Of a stretch of 64,000 nucleotides of DNA, positions 37,713 through 48,102 are shown one piece after another. Under the pieces are notes generated by a model. The model was not told the DNA's origin, did not search any database, and worked only from the letters and a program-made list of their open reading frames with translations. Source of the DNA: Hoeflea sp. (GTDB taxonomy: Bacteria > Pseudomonadota > Alphaproteobacteria > Rhizobiales > Rhizobiaceae); the NCBI GenBank assembly GCA_965216535.1, contig OZ244175.1, forward strand, positions 6,570,791 through 6,634,790, in the 5' to 3' direction. The translations under genes and the position numbers were made by a program. Numbering within the stretch: position 1 is the stretch's first letter; each line of letters begins with the position of its first letter.

Positions 37713-38852
37713 CTATTCTGCGGCCTGCGGCACGGCGGTCGGCTGTTGCTTGCCGCCTCCGCCGCCGCCGATGAGTTTCACCAGACGGCGCCAGCCTTCC
37801 ATCACCCCACCCGGCAGGAAGATCACGATCAACATGAACAGGACACCGAGCGTCATGTGCCAGCCTTCGCCGACAAAGAGGCTTGCGGTGTCGACGGCCA
37901 GATGCTGCAAGCCCTCCGGCAGGAAGCTGAAGAATTGCTGCAATGTGGCTTCGTTGAAGGCCGAGAAGATGTTTTCGAAATACTTGATGATCCAGGCACC
38001 CAGCATCGGGCCGACGAGCGTGCCGACACCGCCAAGAATTGTCATGAGCACGACTTCACCAGAGGCCGTCCACTGCATGCGCTCGGCTCCGGCCAGCGGG
38101 TCGGTAACCGCCAGCAGAGAACCCGCCAGACCAGCGAACATACCGGAGATCACGAAGGCAGCCAGCGTATAGGGTCGTGTGCTGAAACCCGTATAGTTCA
38201 TCCGTTGCTGGTTCGATTTGATGCCACGCAGAGCCAGGCCGAAAGGCGATTTGAAAATGCGCCGCGTGAAGAAGAAGCAGATGATCAGCACGACCGCACA
38301 GAAATAGAAGCCGGGATAACCACTCATATCGATGCCGAACAGGTTGGTTTCGGGCAATCCGGCGCCGGGTTCCGCGAACATCCGGTCGATGATGCGGGGA
38401 TCCTGCAATGTCAGCTGCAAGCCGGTCTCGCCATTGGTGATCGGCGTCAGCACCGAATAGGCCAGGTTGTAGCACATCTGGGCGAATGCCAGCGTGAGGA
38501 TGGAGAAGTAGATCCCCGAACGGCGCAGGCTGACATAGCCGATGACGAGGGCGAACAAACCCGAAAATGCCATGCCGAAAACGATCGCCGGCAGGACGTT
38601 CATGGTGAACAATTTGAACGACCACACAGCGGCATAGGACCCGACGCCGAGAAATGCCGCATGTCCGAAGGACAGGTAGCCGGTCAGGCCGAACAGAATG
38701 TTGAAGCCCATGGCGAAAATCGCATAGATGGCGAATTTTTGCAGCAGGTCCGGATAGTTGGCACCCAGCGGCGCCAGCCAGATCGGCATGGTGAAAACGA
38801 CGACGGTGAACGCCAGAAGGGCGAAAGGCTCGCGGGAGAACATCTCTTTCAT
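37713..38852 (-). CDS. LivM-like ABC permease
   Basis: [25 protein letters not shown]. Confidence 0.9.
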   Translation of the reverse strand: MKEMFSREPFALLAFTVVVFTMPIWLAPLGANYPDLLQKFAIYAIFAMGFNILFGLTGYLSFGHAAFLGVGSYAAVWSFKLFTMNVLPAIVFGMAFSGLFALVIGYVSLRRSGIYFSILTLAFAQMCYNLAYSVLTPITNGETGLQLTLQDPRIIDRMFAEPGAGLPETNLFGIDMSGYPGFYFCAVVLIICFFFTRRIFKSPFGLALRGIKSNQQRMNYTGFSTRPYTLAAFVISGMFAGLAGSLLAVTDPLAGAERMQWTASGEVVLMTILGGVGTLVGPMLGAWIIKYFENIFSAFNEATLQQFFSFLPEGLQHLAVDTASLFVGEGWHMTLGVLFMLIVIFLPGGVMEGWRRLVKLIGGGGGGKQQPTAVPQAAE

Positions 38853-38856
38853 TGCT

Positions 38857-39882
38857 CTAATCCTCCATCACGCCTTCGCGGCCGAGCAGCCCGCGCGGCA
38901 TCGTCAACAGGATAACGACCGCCACCAGATAGATGATGATCTGGTCGATCCCCGGAAAGATGCTTTTGACTTCGTTCATCGAGGCGAAGGACTGCAGAAT
39001 GCCGAGCAAAAAGCCGGCGAGCACCGCACCCGGTAGTGATCCCATGCCACCGACGACGACAACGACGAAGGACAGGACGAGGAAGTCCATGCCCATGTGG
39101 AAATCAGGTGGCAGGATCGGCGTGTACATGACCCCGGCCAGGCCGGCGACGACGGCCGCGATGCCGAACACCACGGTGAATCGACGCTGGATATTGATCC
39201 CCAGAAGGCCGACGGTCTCGCTGTCGCGCATGCCGGCACGAACCACCATGCCGTAGGTGGTGAATTGCAGGAAGGCGAACACAGCCCCGATGATCGTGGC
39301 GGAGAAAGCGAAATAGACCAAGCGCCACCAGGGGTAGACGATGTTTCCTTCAAGTCCCAGCCAGGCGCCGATATCGGCGCTGCCGGATACGATCTCAGGG
39401 GCGCTTTGCGGGATCGGATTGGCACCGAAATAGTGCTTGATGATCTCCTGCAGGACGATCGCCAGGCCGAAGGTAACAAGGATCTGGTCTGCATGCGGCC
39501 GCTTGTAGAAATACTTGATCAGGCCGCGCTCCATGACGATGCCGATCAGCAGCATCACGGGAATGGCAATCAGGATCGATACCGGTACCGAGTAGTCGAG
39601 CAGGAATGTGCCGAAATCCCCCAACCAGGCCTCTATATAAGGCGTACGGATCTCGACCGGTGTGCCCCAGGCGGTTTTCTGGGTTTCGTCAAGCACCACC
39701 CGTTCGAGGCCGAGCAGCTTGTTGAACGTGACAGCACAAAACGCGCCCAGCATAAACAACGCGCCATGCGCGAAGTTGACGACGCCCAGTGTTCCAAACA
39801 CCAGCGTCAGACCCAGGGCGATCAGGGCATAGGCGCCGCCCTTGTCGAGTCCGTTGAGAAATTGAAGAAGGATCGAATCCAT
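38857..39882 (-). CDS. LivH-like ABC permease
   Basis: [24 protein letters not shown]. Confidence 0.9.
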   Translation of the reverse strand: MDSILLQFLNGLDKGGAYALIALGLTLVFGTLGVVNFAHGALFMLGAFCAVTFNKLLGLERVVLDETQKTAWGTPVEIRTPYIEAWLGDFGTFLLDYSVPVSILIAIPVMLLIGIVMERGLIKYFYKRPHADQILVTFGLAIVLQEIIKHYFGANPIPQSAPEIVSGSADIGAWLGLEGNIVYPWWRLVYFAFSATIIGAVFAFLQFTTYGMVVRAGMRDSETVGLLGINIQRRFTVVFGIAAVVAGLAGVMYTPILPPDFHMGMDFLVLSFVVVVVGGMGSLPGAVLAGFLLGILQSFASMNEVKSIFPGIDQIIIYLVAVVILLTMPRGLLGREGVMED

Positions 39883-39921
39883 AGCCTAGTTCCCCTCCAA
39901 GGCATGGCAGCCCGGTTGGCA

Positions 39922-39946
39922 GACCGGCCGCCAGTGGCGGCCGGTC
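39922..39946. terminator. Intercistronic stem-loop after the binding-protein gene
   Basis: GACCGGCCGCC-AGT-GGCGGCCGGTC perfect 11-bp stem. Confidence 0.65.
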
Positions 39947-39980
39947 AAGTTTGACCCAATCAGGTCCGGTTGGTCCCGTT

Positions 39981-41324
39981 TTAGCAGGCTTTGGCGTCTG
40001 CCGGGCCGAGTTCCCCACCGAAGATCGACGGATCGTAGGTAACCTGATCGCGCGGAACGATCTTGACCACTTCCAGAAGGTCGAACTGCGAGGTCGGGTT
40101 GGAGTTGCCGCGCACGACGAGAACGTCCTTCATGCACTGGTGGTCGGCTGCGCGATAAAGCGTCTTGCCGTTGCCCATGCCATCGAACTCGTAGCCTTCG
40201 AGTGCCGCGATCACCTGCGGCGGAGCAAAGGTACCGGCGCGTTCGCAGGCATCAGCGTAGAGCAAAGCCTGCACATAGCAGGTCTGCGCGGCCTGGGACG
40301 GCGGGAAGCCGTATTCCTGGCCGAACGACTTGACGAACGCCTTGGAGCCATCGTCCTGCAGCGACCAGTTCCAGTTGGTGGTGCCGAGAATGCCCTTGAT
40401 GTTGTCGCCGGCGCCCTGCGCCATCAGGCGTGAGAACAGCGGAACGACGATCTCGAAGTTCTTGCCGTTGACCTGCTTGTCGCGCATGCCGAACTGTACC
40501 GCCTGGGTCAACGAGTTGACCATGTCCTTGCCGTAGTGGTTGAGGACAAGCACGTCGGCACCGGAGTTGAGAACCGGCGTGAGGTACTGCGAGAAATCGC
40601 CGGCACCGAGCGGCGTGCGCACAGCGTTGGCGGTGTTCCAGCCGAGACCCTCGGTGGCGTCCTTGATCGACTCTTCCTGGGTCCAGCCCCAGTTGTAGTC
40701 GGCCGTCAGGTGATAGGCGGTACGGTCCTTGCCAAGCTGGTCGGCGAGGATCGGACCAAGCGCCAGACCGGATTGGTAGGCGTTGAAGAAGTGACGGAAG
40801 CCGTAGCGTTTCTTGTCCTTGCCCGTCGTATCGTTCGAGTGGGTCAGGCCGGCCATGAAGATCACGCCGGTTTCCTGGCACAGACCCTGAACGGCCACGG
40901 CGACGCCGGAGGACGATCCGCCGGTGATCATGATGGCGCCGTCCTTCTCGATCATCCGCTTCGCCGAAGCGCGGGCAGCGTCAGACTTGGTCTGCGTGTC
41001 GCCGGTAACGAATTCGACCTTCTTGCCGAGAATGCCGTTGCCCTTCAGCGCCTTCGACGAGAAGGTGTTGAGCATGCCGCCGTCTCCTTCACCATTGAGG
41101 TGCTTGACGGCCAATTGATAGGCGCGCAGTTCGTCCGCACCCTCGTCGGCATAGGGACCGGTCTGCGGCACGTTGAAGCCGAGCGTTACACTGCTGCCGG
41201 TCGGCATGTTGCAGAAATCATCGGCATAAGCGCCGCGCACGAAACTCATCGGCGCAGCAAGCGCGATACCGGATGCGGCACCAGCCTTCAACAGGCCACG
41301 ACGAGTCATGGTGAGTTTGGACAT
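39981..41324 (-). CDS. Tat-exported Liv-type ABC substrate-binding protein
   Basis: TRRGLLK twin-arginine signal, GFNVPQTGPYADEG, DHQC; GGGAGG RBS. Confidence 0.9.
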   Translation of the reverse strand: MSKLTMTRRGLLKAGAASGIALAAPMSFVRGAYADDFCNMPTGSSVTLGFNVPQTGPYADEGADELRAYQLAVKHLNGEGDGGMLNTFSSKALKGNGILGKKVEFVTGDTQTKSDAARASAKRMIEKDGAIMITGGSSSGVAVAVQGLCQETGVIFMAGLTHSNDTTGKDKKRYGFRHFFNAYQSGLALGPILADQLGKDRTAYHLTADYNWGWTQEESIKDATEGLGWNTANAVRTPLGAGDFSQYLTPVLNSGADVLVLNHYGKDMVNSLTQAVQFGMRDKQVNGKNFEIVVPLFSRLMAQGAGDNIKGILGTTNWNWSLQDDGSKAFVKSFGQEYGFPPSQAAQTCYVQALLYADACERAGTFAPPQVIAALEGYEFDGMGNGKTLYRAADHQCMKDVLVVRGNSNPTSQFDLLEVVKIVPRDQVTYDPSIFGGELGPADAKAC

Positions 41325-41510
41325 TGAATTCCTCCCGAATGTCGCTGAACGAGCGTTCCGACCGAGACCGGCGGAACTATCGCGGGATGCTAGCTCCCTA
41401 TGCGGGGGGCGCAATAATCCATTCGTGTATAAGACTTTGGTCCAATAGACTTAATGCTAAGCCCGATCGGTCGTTTCGCCACCGAATCCGGTACAAATTG
41501 TCGTGAAATG

Positions 41511-41524
41511 TTGATCCGCATCAA
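41511..41524. promoter_or_regulatory. FNR/FixK box (perfect)
   Basis: TTGAT-CCGC-ATCAA upstream of hemA. Confidence 0.8.
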
Positions 41525-41543
41525 GTTGCGGCGTTTTATCCTG

Positions 41544-41560
41544 TTTAGAGTGCGTCTAAA
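41544..41560. promoter_or_regulatory. Irr box (ICE motif)
   Basis: TTTAGAG-TGC-GTCTAAA compared with TTTAGAA-N3-TTCTAAA (12 of 14 positions). Confidence 0.7.
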
Positions 41561-41617
41561 GTCTGATAGGAATTGCCGACGGTTTTGGATCGGGCGAAAT
41601 GTGCCGCTCAGGTCCCT

Positions 41618-41631
41618 TTGACTTGGATCGA
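41618..41631. promoter_or_regulatory. Second, degenerate FNR/FixK box
   Basis: TTGAC-TTGG-ATCGA, about 60 bp before the hemA ATG. Confidence 0.5.
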
Positions 41632-41690
41632 ACCAATCGACGAATCGCATTGGGATGTCCGAAAAGCCGCGCAGTGTGGAGTAGAAGTCT

Positions 41691-42968
41691 ATGGATTATC
41701 GCAGCATTTTTCAGAGCGCTGTCGATCAACTGCACGACGAAAAACGCTACCGCGTGTTCGCCAATCTGGAGCGTATCGTGGGCAAGTTTCCGCGGGCTGT
41801 TCACCGCTCCGGCGCCTCGGCGCGGGAAGTCACCGTGTGGTGCTCCAACGACTATCTGGGCATGGGCCAGAACCAAAACGTCATCGAGGCGCTGTGTGAA
41901 GCGGCCGGCAAGATGGGATCGGGGGCCGGCGGCACCCGCAACATCTCCGGCACCAACCACCCGTTGGTGGAGCTTGAGCATGAGCTGGCCGATCTGCATG
42001 GCAAGGAAGCGGCCCTGGTCTTTACCTCGGGCTTCATTTCCAACGAAGCATCGATCTCGACCATTGCCAGGCTGTTGCCGAATTGCCTGATCCTGTCCGA
42101 TGAGCTCAACCACTCGTCGATGATCGAGGGCGTGCGCCGCTCGGGTTCGGAAAAGAAAATCTTCCGGCACAACGATCTGGAGCACCTGGAGCAGTTGCTG
42201 CAGGCCGCCGATCCGGAGCGCGCCAAGCTGATCGTCTTCGAATCGGTCTATTCCATGGACGGTGACATCGCACCGATCGAGGCGATTGCCGACCTCGCCG
42301 ACAAATACGGCGCCATGACCTATATCGATGAGGTGCATGCTGTTGGCATGTACGGTCCGCGCGGTGGCGGGATTTGCGACCGCGATGGCCTGGCCGATCG
42401 GATCGACATCATTGAAGGAACGCTGGCCAAGGCCTTTGGCGCGCTTGGCGGCTACATCACCGGCCCGCGGGCGGTTATTGACGCGGTGCGTTCCTATGCG
42501 CCTGGCTTCATCTTCACCACGGCGCTGCCGCCGGCAATGGCGGCCGCTGCGACCACGTCTATCCGCCATCTGAAAACCTCGCAGGTCGAACGCGAACAGC
42601 ATCAACGCCAGGCGCAGGCTACAAAGGATATCCTGCTCGAAGCCGGCCTGCCTGTCATGCCTTCGGTTACCCATATCGTTCCGGTGCTGGTCGGTGACCC
42701 CGAGCTCTGCAAGAAGGCGTCCGATCGACTGATGGACGTGCACGGTATCTACATCCAGCCGATCAATTATCCGACAGTGCCACGTGGCACGGAGCGTTTG
42801 CGCATTACGCCGTCACCGTTCCATGACGACACTCTGATCGAAGAGCTGCGCGACGCACTGCTCGAGGTCTGGAATGCACTCGGCATCCCGTTGACAACAG
42901 CATCGGGCGCAGAACCGGTGAAATCCGACCGTGTCGTCCAATTGCCGGTGGCAAAATCGGGCGGATAG
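41691..42968 (+). CDS. hemA: 5-aminolevulinate synthase
   Basis: [55 protein letters not shown]. Confidence 0.97.
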   Translation: MDYRSIFQSAVDQLHDEKRYRVFANLERIVGKFPRAVHRSGASAREVTVWCSNDYLGMGQNQNVIEALCEAAGKMGSGAGGTRNISGTNHPLVELEHELADLHGKEAALVFTSGFISNEASISTIARLLPNCLILSDELNHSSMIEGVRRSGSEKKIFRHNDLEHLEQLLQAADPERAKLIVFESVYSMDGDIAPIEAIADLADKYGAMTYIDEVHAVGMYGPRGGGICDRDGLADRIDIIEGTLAKAFGALGGYITGPRAVIDAVRSYAPGFIFTTALPPAMAAAATTSIRHLKTSQVEREQHQRQAQATKDILLEAGLPVMPSVTHIVPVLVGDPELCKKASDRLMDVHGIYIQPINYPTVPRGTERLRITPSPFHDDTLIEELRDALLEVWNALGIPLTTASGAEPVKSDRVVQLPVAKSGG

Positions 42969-43428
42969 AGACCGCCCGGCTAAACAAAAAGCGATTTTTC
43001 GGCCGCGCCAGTTCCGACTTCCGAACCGAAGCAATGCAATCGATCGGCGTTAAAGCCCGTGATCGCGTTGACTGAACGGCAATCGCCAAACCACGTGAAC
43101 CGCACTTCGCCTATTCGGACGAACTCATTCAAAGCTTATCAGACTCCCCATCCCGACGATCGGGTTGCTTGGCCGGATGAGGGTCGTTTCCTCATCCCGG
43201 CTGTATGATCGTCCAGTGAAACGGCGTCAGACCACTACCCCAAACCCTGGAGTTGGTTTCGGTATCTGTAAGTTGATATCGCAAATCGAATTAGTTGGGT
43301 TCTCAACCGATATCGACTTCTGAATTTTTTCCGCCTCACAAAAATTCAACCTAATTAGCTGTTTTTTCTTCTATATTCCTTCCACAAATCTCTTTCATTC
43401 CTCACTCAACTTCCCACAAGTGTCCTCT

Positions 43429-43450
43429 ATGAGTTGATTTATCAACTCAT
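43429..43450. promoter_or_regulatory. Probable operator of the aromatic-acid/P450 operon
   Basis: Perfect inverted repeat ATGAGTTGAT-TT-ATCAACTCAT in an AT-rich promoter region. Confidence 0.7.
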
Positions 43451-43535
43451 GAATGGTACCTGTCCGCCCATTGTCGGCCGCCGGCCAACCCGGTTCCGAC
43501 ACAAGAGACAGGAAGACCTTGGGAGGAAATCGTCG

Positions 43536-44699
43536 ATGAAAACGATACGAATGGGTGTGCTCACCTTTGGATTGATGGTCGCGCTTGCGACGGCGTCGAG
43601 TGCCGACACCATACGGGTCGGCGTGATCGCGCCGTTTTCCGGACCGTTTGCAACATGGGGAAAACAGTTCAAGGAGGCCATCGAGGTCTATCAGGCCGAA
43701 CATGGAACGCGTGTTGGCGACCATGACATCGAGATCCTATACAGGGATTCCGGTGGCCCGAAGCCCGACAGTGCGAAAGCGCTGGCACAGGAACTGTTGA
43801 TCCGCGAACAGGTCGATTTTCTGGGCGGATTTGTCTTCACCCCCAACGCCCTCGCGGTCGCGCCGTTGATCGACCGGGCGAAGAAACCTGCAGTCATCTT
43901 CAACGCGGCAACGTCCATCATCACCGAACAGTCCGATTACTTTGTCCGAACCGGTTTCACGCTTTGGCAGGTGACCGTTCCGCTTGCCGAATGGGCCTAT
44001 GATCAGGGCATCCGCACGGTGGTTACGGCGGTATCCGACTATGGTCCCGGCGCGGACGCGGAAAAGGCCTTCAAATCGGCGTTTGAAGCAAAGGGCGGCA
44101 CGGTCGTCGACCAGATCCGCATGCCGCTCTCGACCACCGATTTCGCGCCCTTCATGCAGCGGGTGAAAGACCAGACTCCCGATGCGCTGTTCGGCTTTCT
44201 GCCAGCCGGGCCGCCCACATTCGCATTCACCAAGTCCTATAACGAGAACGGCCTGCGCGACGGCGGGATCACCTTTCTGGGGACAGGCGAAACCGATGAA
44301 ACGACCCTGGATGCACTGGGGGATGCGGCCATCGGCCTGACCACGGCCTACCACTATTCGGGCGCGCATGAGAGCGAGCTCAATGCGGCTTTCACCGGCA
44401 GCCTTGCGCAGATGTTTCCCGACTCCGTCGCAAACCTGGCTTCGGTTGGCGCCTATGACGGCATGACCGCGATCTATCGCATGATCGAGGCCGCCGGCGC
44501 AGACGGACCGGCCGCCATCGACGCCATCCGTGGCGCCGCCTGGGAAAGCCCGCGGGGTCCGGTGAGCATTGATCCGGAAACCCGCCACATCACACAAAAC
44601 GTCTATGTCCGCAGGGTCGAAAAAACCGAGGACGGAAAATACGTCAACCGCGAGTTCGAGACCATTGAAGCGGTTCCCGATCTCGGCCTCGTCGACTGA
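43536..44699 (+). CDS. ABC substrate-binding protein, aromatic-acid-binding type
   Basis: GGGAGG RBS, GFVFTPNALAVAP, FNAATS, MQRVKD, WESPRGP..DPETR. Confidence 0.88.
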   Translation: MKTIRMGVLTFGLMVALATASSADTIRVGVIAPFSGPFATWGKQFKEAIEVYQAEHGTRVGDHDIEILYRDSGGPKPDSAKALAQELLIREQVDFLGGFVFTPNALAVAPLIDRAKKPAVIFNAATSIITEQSDYFVRTGFTLWQVTVPLAEWAYDQGIRTVVTAVSDYGPGADAEKAFKSAFEAKGGTVVDQIRMPLSTTDFAPFMQRVKDQTPDALFGFLPAGPPTFAFTKSYNENGLRDGGITFLGTGETDETTLDALGDAAIGLTTAYHYSGAHESELNAAFTGSLAQMFPDSVANLASVGAYDGMTAIYRMIEAAGADGPAAIDAIRGAAWESPRGPVSIDPETRHITQNVYVRRVEKTEDGKYVNREFETIEAVPDLGLVD

Positions 44700-44718
44700 T
44701 CCGAAACAGGCCTCGCCG

Positions 44719-44741
44719 GCCCGGGCGGACGCCGCCCGGGC
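44719..44741 (+). terminator. Intercistronic stem-loop after the binding-protein gene
   Basis: GCCCGGGCGG-ACG-CCGCCCGGGC. Confidence 0.65.
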
Positions 44742-44759
44742 ACCTGCCAAGGAGCGGAC

Positions 44760-45626
44760 ATGTCTGTGATTTTCTCCATTCTCGTTGACGGCATCGCCTA
44801 CGGGATGATCCTCTTCATGATCGCCGTCGGGTTGTCGGTCATCATGGGCCTGATGCGGGTTATCAATCTTGCTCATGGCGGCTTTGCACTGCTTGGCGGC
44901 GCATTTGCCCATTGGCTGACCGTTCACGCCGGTCTTGCCTTTCTGCCGGCCGCATTTCTGGCCATCGTCGCGACGATGGCGATCGCCCTGCCGTTGGAGG
45001 TGGTGCTCTATTCCCGCATCTACCGGATGGGCGACCTTCAACAGGTTCTGGCGACGATCGGCATCGCATTCATCATGATCGCCGGGGTCAATCTCTGGCT
45101 TGGTTCGGCGCTGCTGCCAATCCGACTGCCGGAATGGATGACGGGGTCCATCGACCTCGGCTTCCGGACGCTGCCGGTTCACAGGGTTGGAGTGATTGTG
45201 ACCGGACTGGTCGTCATCGCCGGACTGTACGCGCTCATCGACCGGACGCGGTTCGGCATTCACCTGCGCGCTTCAGTCGATCATCGCGGGACGGCTTCGA
45301 CGCTCGGCATCAACACGGACCGGATCTTCGCATTGACCTTCATGCTTGGTGCGGGACTGGCGGCCCTTGGCGGGGTGCTGGGTGCGGAACTGCTGCCGAT
45401 CGATGCTTATTATCCGCTGCGCTACATGATCCTGTTCCTGATCGTTGTTGCGGTCGGCGGGCTCGGTTCCATCACCGGCTCCTTTATCGCCGCGCTCGGG
45501 CTGGGCATCGTTGACACCGCCGCCCGCTACATCATTCCGGATTTCGGCGCGATCGCCTTCTTCATCGTGATGATGGCCGTGCTTGCACTGCGGCCGTACG
45601 GACTGCTGGGCAGGGCCGAGACATGA
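44760..45626 (+). CDS. LivH-like ABC permease
   Basis: MRVINLAHG, LRASVD..LGIN. Confidence 0.9.
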   Translation: MSVIFSILVDGIAYGMILFMIAVGLSVIMGLMRVINLAHGGFALLGGAFAHWLTVHAGLAFLPAAFLAIVATMAIALPLEVVLYSRIYRMGDLQQVLATIGIAFIMIAGVNLWLGSALLPIRLPEWMTGSIDLGFRTLPVHRVGVIVTGLVVIAGLYALIDRTRFGIHLRASVDHRGTASTLGINTDRIFALTFMLGAGLAALGGVLGAELLPIDAYYPLRYMILFLIVVAVGGLGSITGSFIAALGLGIVDTAARYIIPDFGAIAFFIVMMAVLALRPYGLLGRAET

Positions 45627-46612
45627 GCCTCGCGGAGAACCAGCTATCGCCGGGCCAGCGCCTGGCAGCACTACGAGCTTTCGTGCCCGAAATGATCATC
45701 GCAGCGCTCGCGGTCGGCGCATTCTTCGCCTTCCCCTACGACCTTGGTTTCGTGACGCGCATCGTCATCATGATGATCTTCGTACTGTCACTCGACCTGG
45801 TGCTCGGTGTCGCCGGAGTTGCGACGCTCGGCCAGGCGGCGATGTATGGGGTCGGCGCCTATGCGGCCGGGATCTTTGCCGTGCATGTGACGGCCGCGCC
45901 CCTGCCCGGCCTTCTGGTCGGCGCGATCGCCGGCGCCGCCATCGCCTTCGTCAGCGGTCTGCTGTTGATGCGCGCCCGCGGACTGACACTGATCATGCTG
46001 ACCATCGCCGTTGCCCAGGTGCTTCAGGAAATCGCCAACAAGGCGCAATCGGCAACCGGTGGAGCTGACGGACTTCGCGGTATCCGCATGGACCCCATCC
46101 TCGGGTTGTTCGAATTCGACTTCATCGGACAGACAGGCTACGTCTACTCCGTCTGCGTCATGATCCTGGTCGTGATCTTCCTGAAGGTCCTGATTGCCTC
46201 GCCGTTCGGGCTGATGGCGCGCGGCATTCACGAAAGCCCCGAGCGCATGCGGGCGATCGGAACACCGGTGCGAAGCCGCCTTGTTGTCATCTACACCGTC
46301 GGCGGCGGTATTGCGGGTATCGCCGGCGCGCTTTCGGCGCAGATCACCGAACTCGTCAGCCTGGAAGTCTTCGCGTTCTCTTTGTCTGCAGAAGCCATGA
46401 TCATGCTGATCCTTGGCGGAGCCGGCCGCATCTACGGCGCGCTGGTGGGCACCGTCATCTTCATGGTCACGCATCATCTGGCAGCCGCGGTCGATCCGTT
46501 CAACTGGCTCTTCATTATCGGGGCGCTCGTTCTGATCGTCGTGTTCTTCGTCCCGAAAGGGCTCATGAGTGTGCCGACCGTCCTGCGGCGCCTGGTCGGG
46601 AGGGTGCAATGA
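45623..46612 (+). CDS. LivM-like ABC permease
   Basis: GVAGVATLGQAA, TGGADGL, RMRAIG. Confidence 0.9.
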   Translation: MSLAENQLSPGQRLAALRAFVPEMIIAALAVGAFFAFPYDLGFVTRIVIMMIFVLSLDLVLGVAGVATLGQAAMYGVGAYAAGIFAVHVTAAPLPGLLVGAIAGAAIAFVSGLLLMRARGLTLIMLTIAVAQVLQEIANKAQSATGGADGLRGIRMDPILGLFEFDFIGQTGYVYSVCVMILVVIFLKVLIASPFGLMARGIHESPERMRAIGTPVRSRLVVIYTVGGGIAGIAGALSAQITELVSLEVFAFSLSAEAMIMLILGGAGRIYGALVGTVIFMVTHHLAAAVDPFNWLFIIGALVLIVVFFVPKGLMSVPTVLRRLVGRVQ

Positions 46613-47358
46613 ACGCGGGATTGGTGGTTACCGGCCTCAACAAGGCGTTTGGCGGCATCGTGGTCGCCAGGGATCTGAATGTCAGCCTTGCTCCGGGCGC
46701 GCGCACCGCCCTGATCGGCCCGAACGGCGCGGGTAAGACCACTTTTTCGAACCTGATCACGGGCATTCTTGCGCCGACCTCCGGTGAAATCAGGCTGGAC
46801 GGGAAGGACATCGGCGGTCTGCGGGAAGCAGAACGCGTGAAGGCAGGGATCGCCAAGACCTTCCAGATAACCACGCTGTTCAGGGCACTGACGGTCAGGG
46901 AGAACATTCGACTTCCTATCCTGGAAAGGGAAAACAAGACTCGCAGGTGGTCGGTTCGGGCCGGTGCCTGGCGCGATATCGAAGAGGAGATCGAAACGCA
47001 ACTCGAGGCGTTCGACCTGCGCTCAGTCGCCGACCGACCCGTCTGCGAACTTGCTTACGGCCAGCAGCGGCTGGTCGAGATGGCGATGACGCTGACCCTG
47101 AAACCGCGGATTCTCATTCTGGATGAGCCGGCCGCCGGCGTCCCGTCCTCGGATAGCCATCTGATTACCGAGGCGATCGAACGGCTACCAGCGGATCTAT
47201 CGGTCCTCATCATCGAGCACGACATGAAACTCGTATTCCGTGTGGCCCGGTCGATCATCGTGCTGGTCAACGGATCGATCCTGACTGAAGGCGCGCCGGA
47301 CGAGATCGCCTCAAATCCGCGTGTGCGCGAGCTTTATCTCGGGGGACACCATGACTGA
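46609..47358 (+). CDS. LivG-like ABC ATPase
   Basis: GPNGAGKTT, AYGQQR, DEPAAG, EHDM. Confidence 0.92.
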   Translation: MNAGLVVTGLNKAFGGIVVARDLNVSLAPGARTALIGPNGAGKTTFSNLITGILAPTSGEIRLDGKDIGGLREAERVKAGIAKTFQITTLFRALTVRENIRLPILERENKTRRWSVRAGAWRDIEEEIETQLEAFDLRSVADRPVCELAYGQQRLVEMAMTLTLKPRILILDEPAAGVPSSDSHLITEAIERLPADLSVLIIEHDMKLVFRVARSIIVLVNGSILTEGAPDEIASNPRVRELYLGGHHD

Positions 47359-48064
47359 TGCGATCCTCCAGCTCTCCGGCGTCACCGCGGGCTATGGCGA
47401 CACCACGGTTCTCCACGGCATCGACCTTTCGGTTCCAAAGGGGCAACGGCTTGCCATTATCGGCAGAAACGGTGTGGGCAAGACCACGCTCATGGCAACC
47501 ATCATGGGTCTGACGCGACTGCATGCAGGAGCCATTCGCCTGAACGGGGAAGACATCTCAGGGTTGCCTGCGCACAGGCGGTGCCATGCCGGACTTGGAC
47601 TGGTCCCGCAGACCCGCGACATCTTCCCGTCATTGACTGTGGAAGAAAACCTGATTGCCGGCATGCGCGACGGATCCCGCCTCGAGGAAGCCTACGCGAT
47701 GTTTCCGCGGCTGAAGCAAAGGTGGCGCAACGGCGGCGGTCAGCTTTCGGGTGGAGAGCAGCAGATGCTGTCAATCGCCCGCACGCTGATGGGGCAGCCT
47801 TCGCTTCTGATGCTCGACGAGCCGCTCGAAGGCCTTGCACCGGTCATATGCGACGCTCTGATGCATACCTTCGACAAGCTTGCGGCTGACGGGCGTCACA
47901 CGGTGTTGCTGGTCGAGCAGCATGCCGAACTTGCGCTGGCTTTCGCGGACCGAGTCGTGGTTCTCGATTCAGGCGAAATCGTCGTCGATCAGCCGGCGGC
48001 CGAACTCAAGTCAAATCCGGAACTCCTGGATCGTCATATCGGCGTCGGACTCGAGGCTGGCTGA
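47351..48064 (+). CDS. LivF-like ABC ATPase
   Basis: GRNGVGKTT, LSGGEQQM, DEPLEGLAP. Confidence 0.92.
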   Translation: MTDAILQLSGVTAGYGDTTVLHGIDLSVPKGQRLAIIGRNGVGKTTLMATIMGLTRLHAGAIRLNGEDISGLPAHRRCHAGLGLVPQTRDIFPSLTVEENLIAGMRDGSRLEEAYAMFPRLKQRWRNGGGQLSGGEQQMLSIARTLMGQPSLLMLDEPLEGLAPVICDALMHTFDKLAADGRHTVLLVEQHAELALAFADRVVVLDSGEIVVDQPAAELKSNPELLDRHIGVGLEAG

Positions 48065-48102
48065 GCGTCGCGCCCCGAGGGACAAATTAGAGGAGGAGCA
48101 AC

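Noticed and set aside
43200-43225. CTGTATGA..GAAA hammerhead-like string
   Set aside because: It does not match the CUGANGA core, and the required stems are absent.
43737-45263. 508-aa minus-strand ORF
   Set aside because: Shadow of the aromatic ABC genes.
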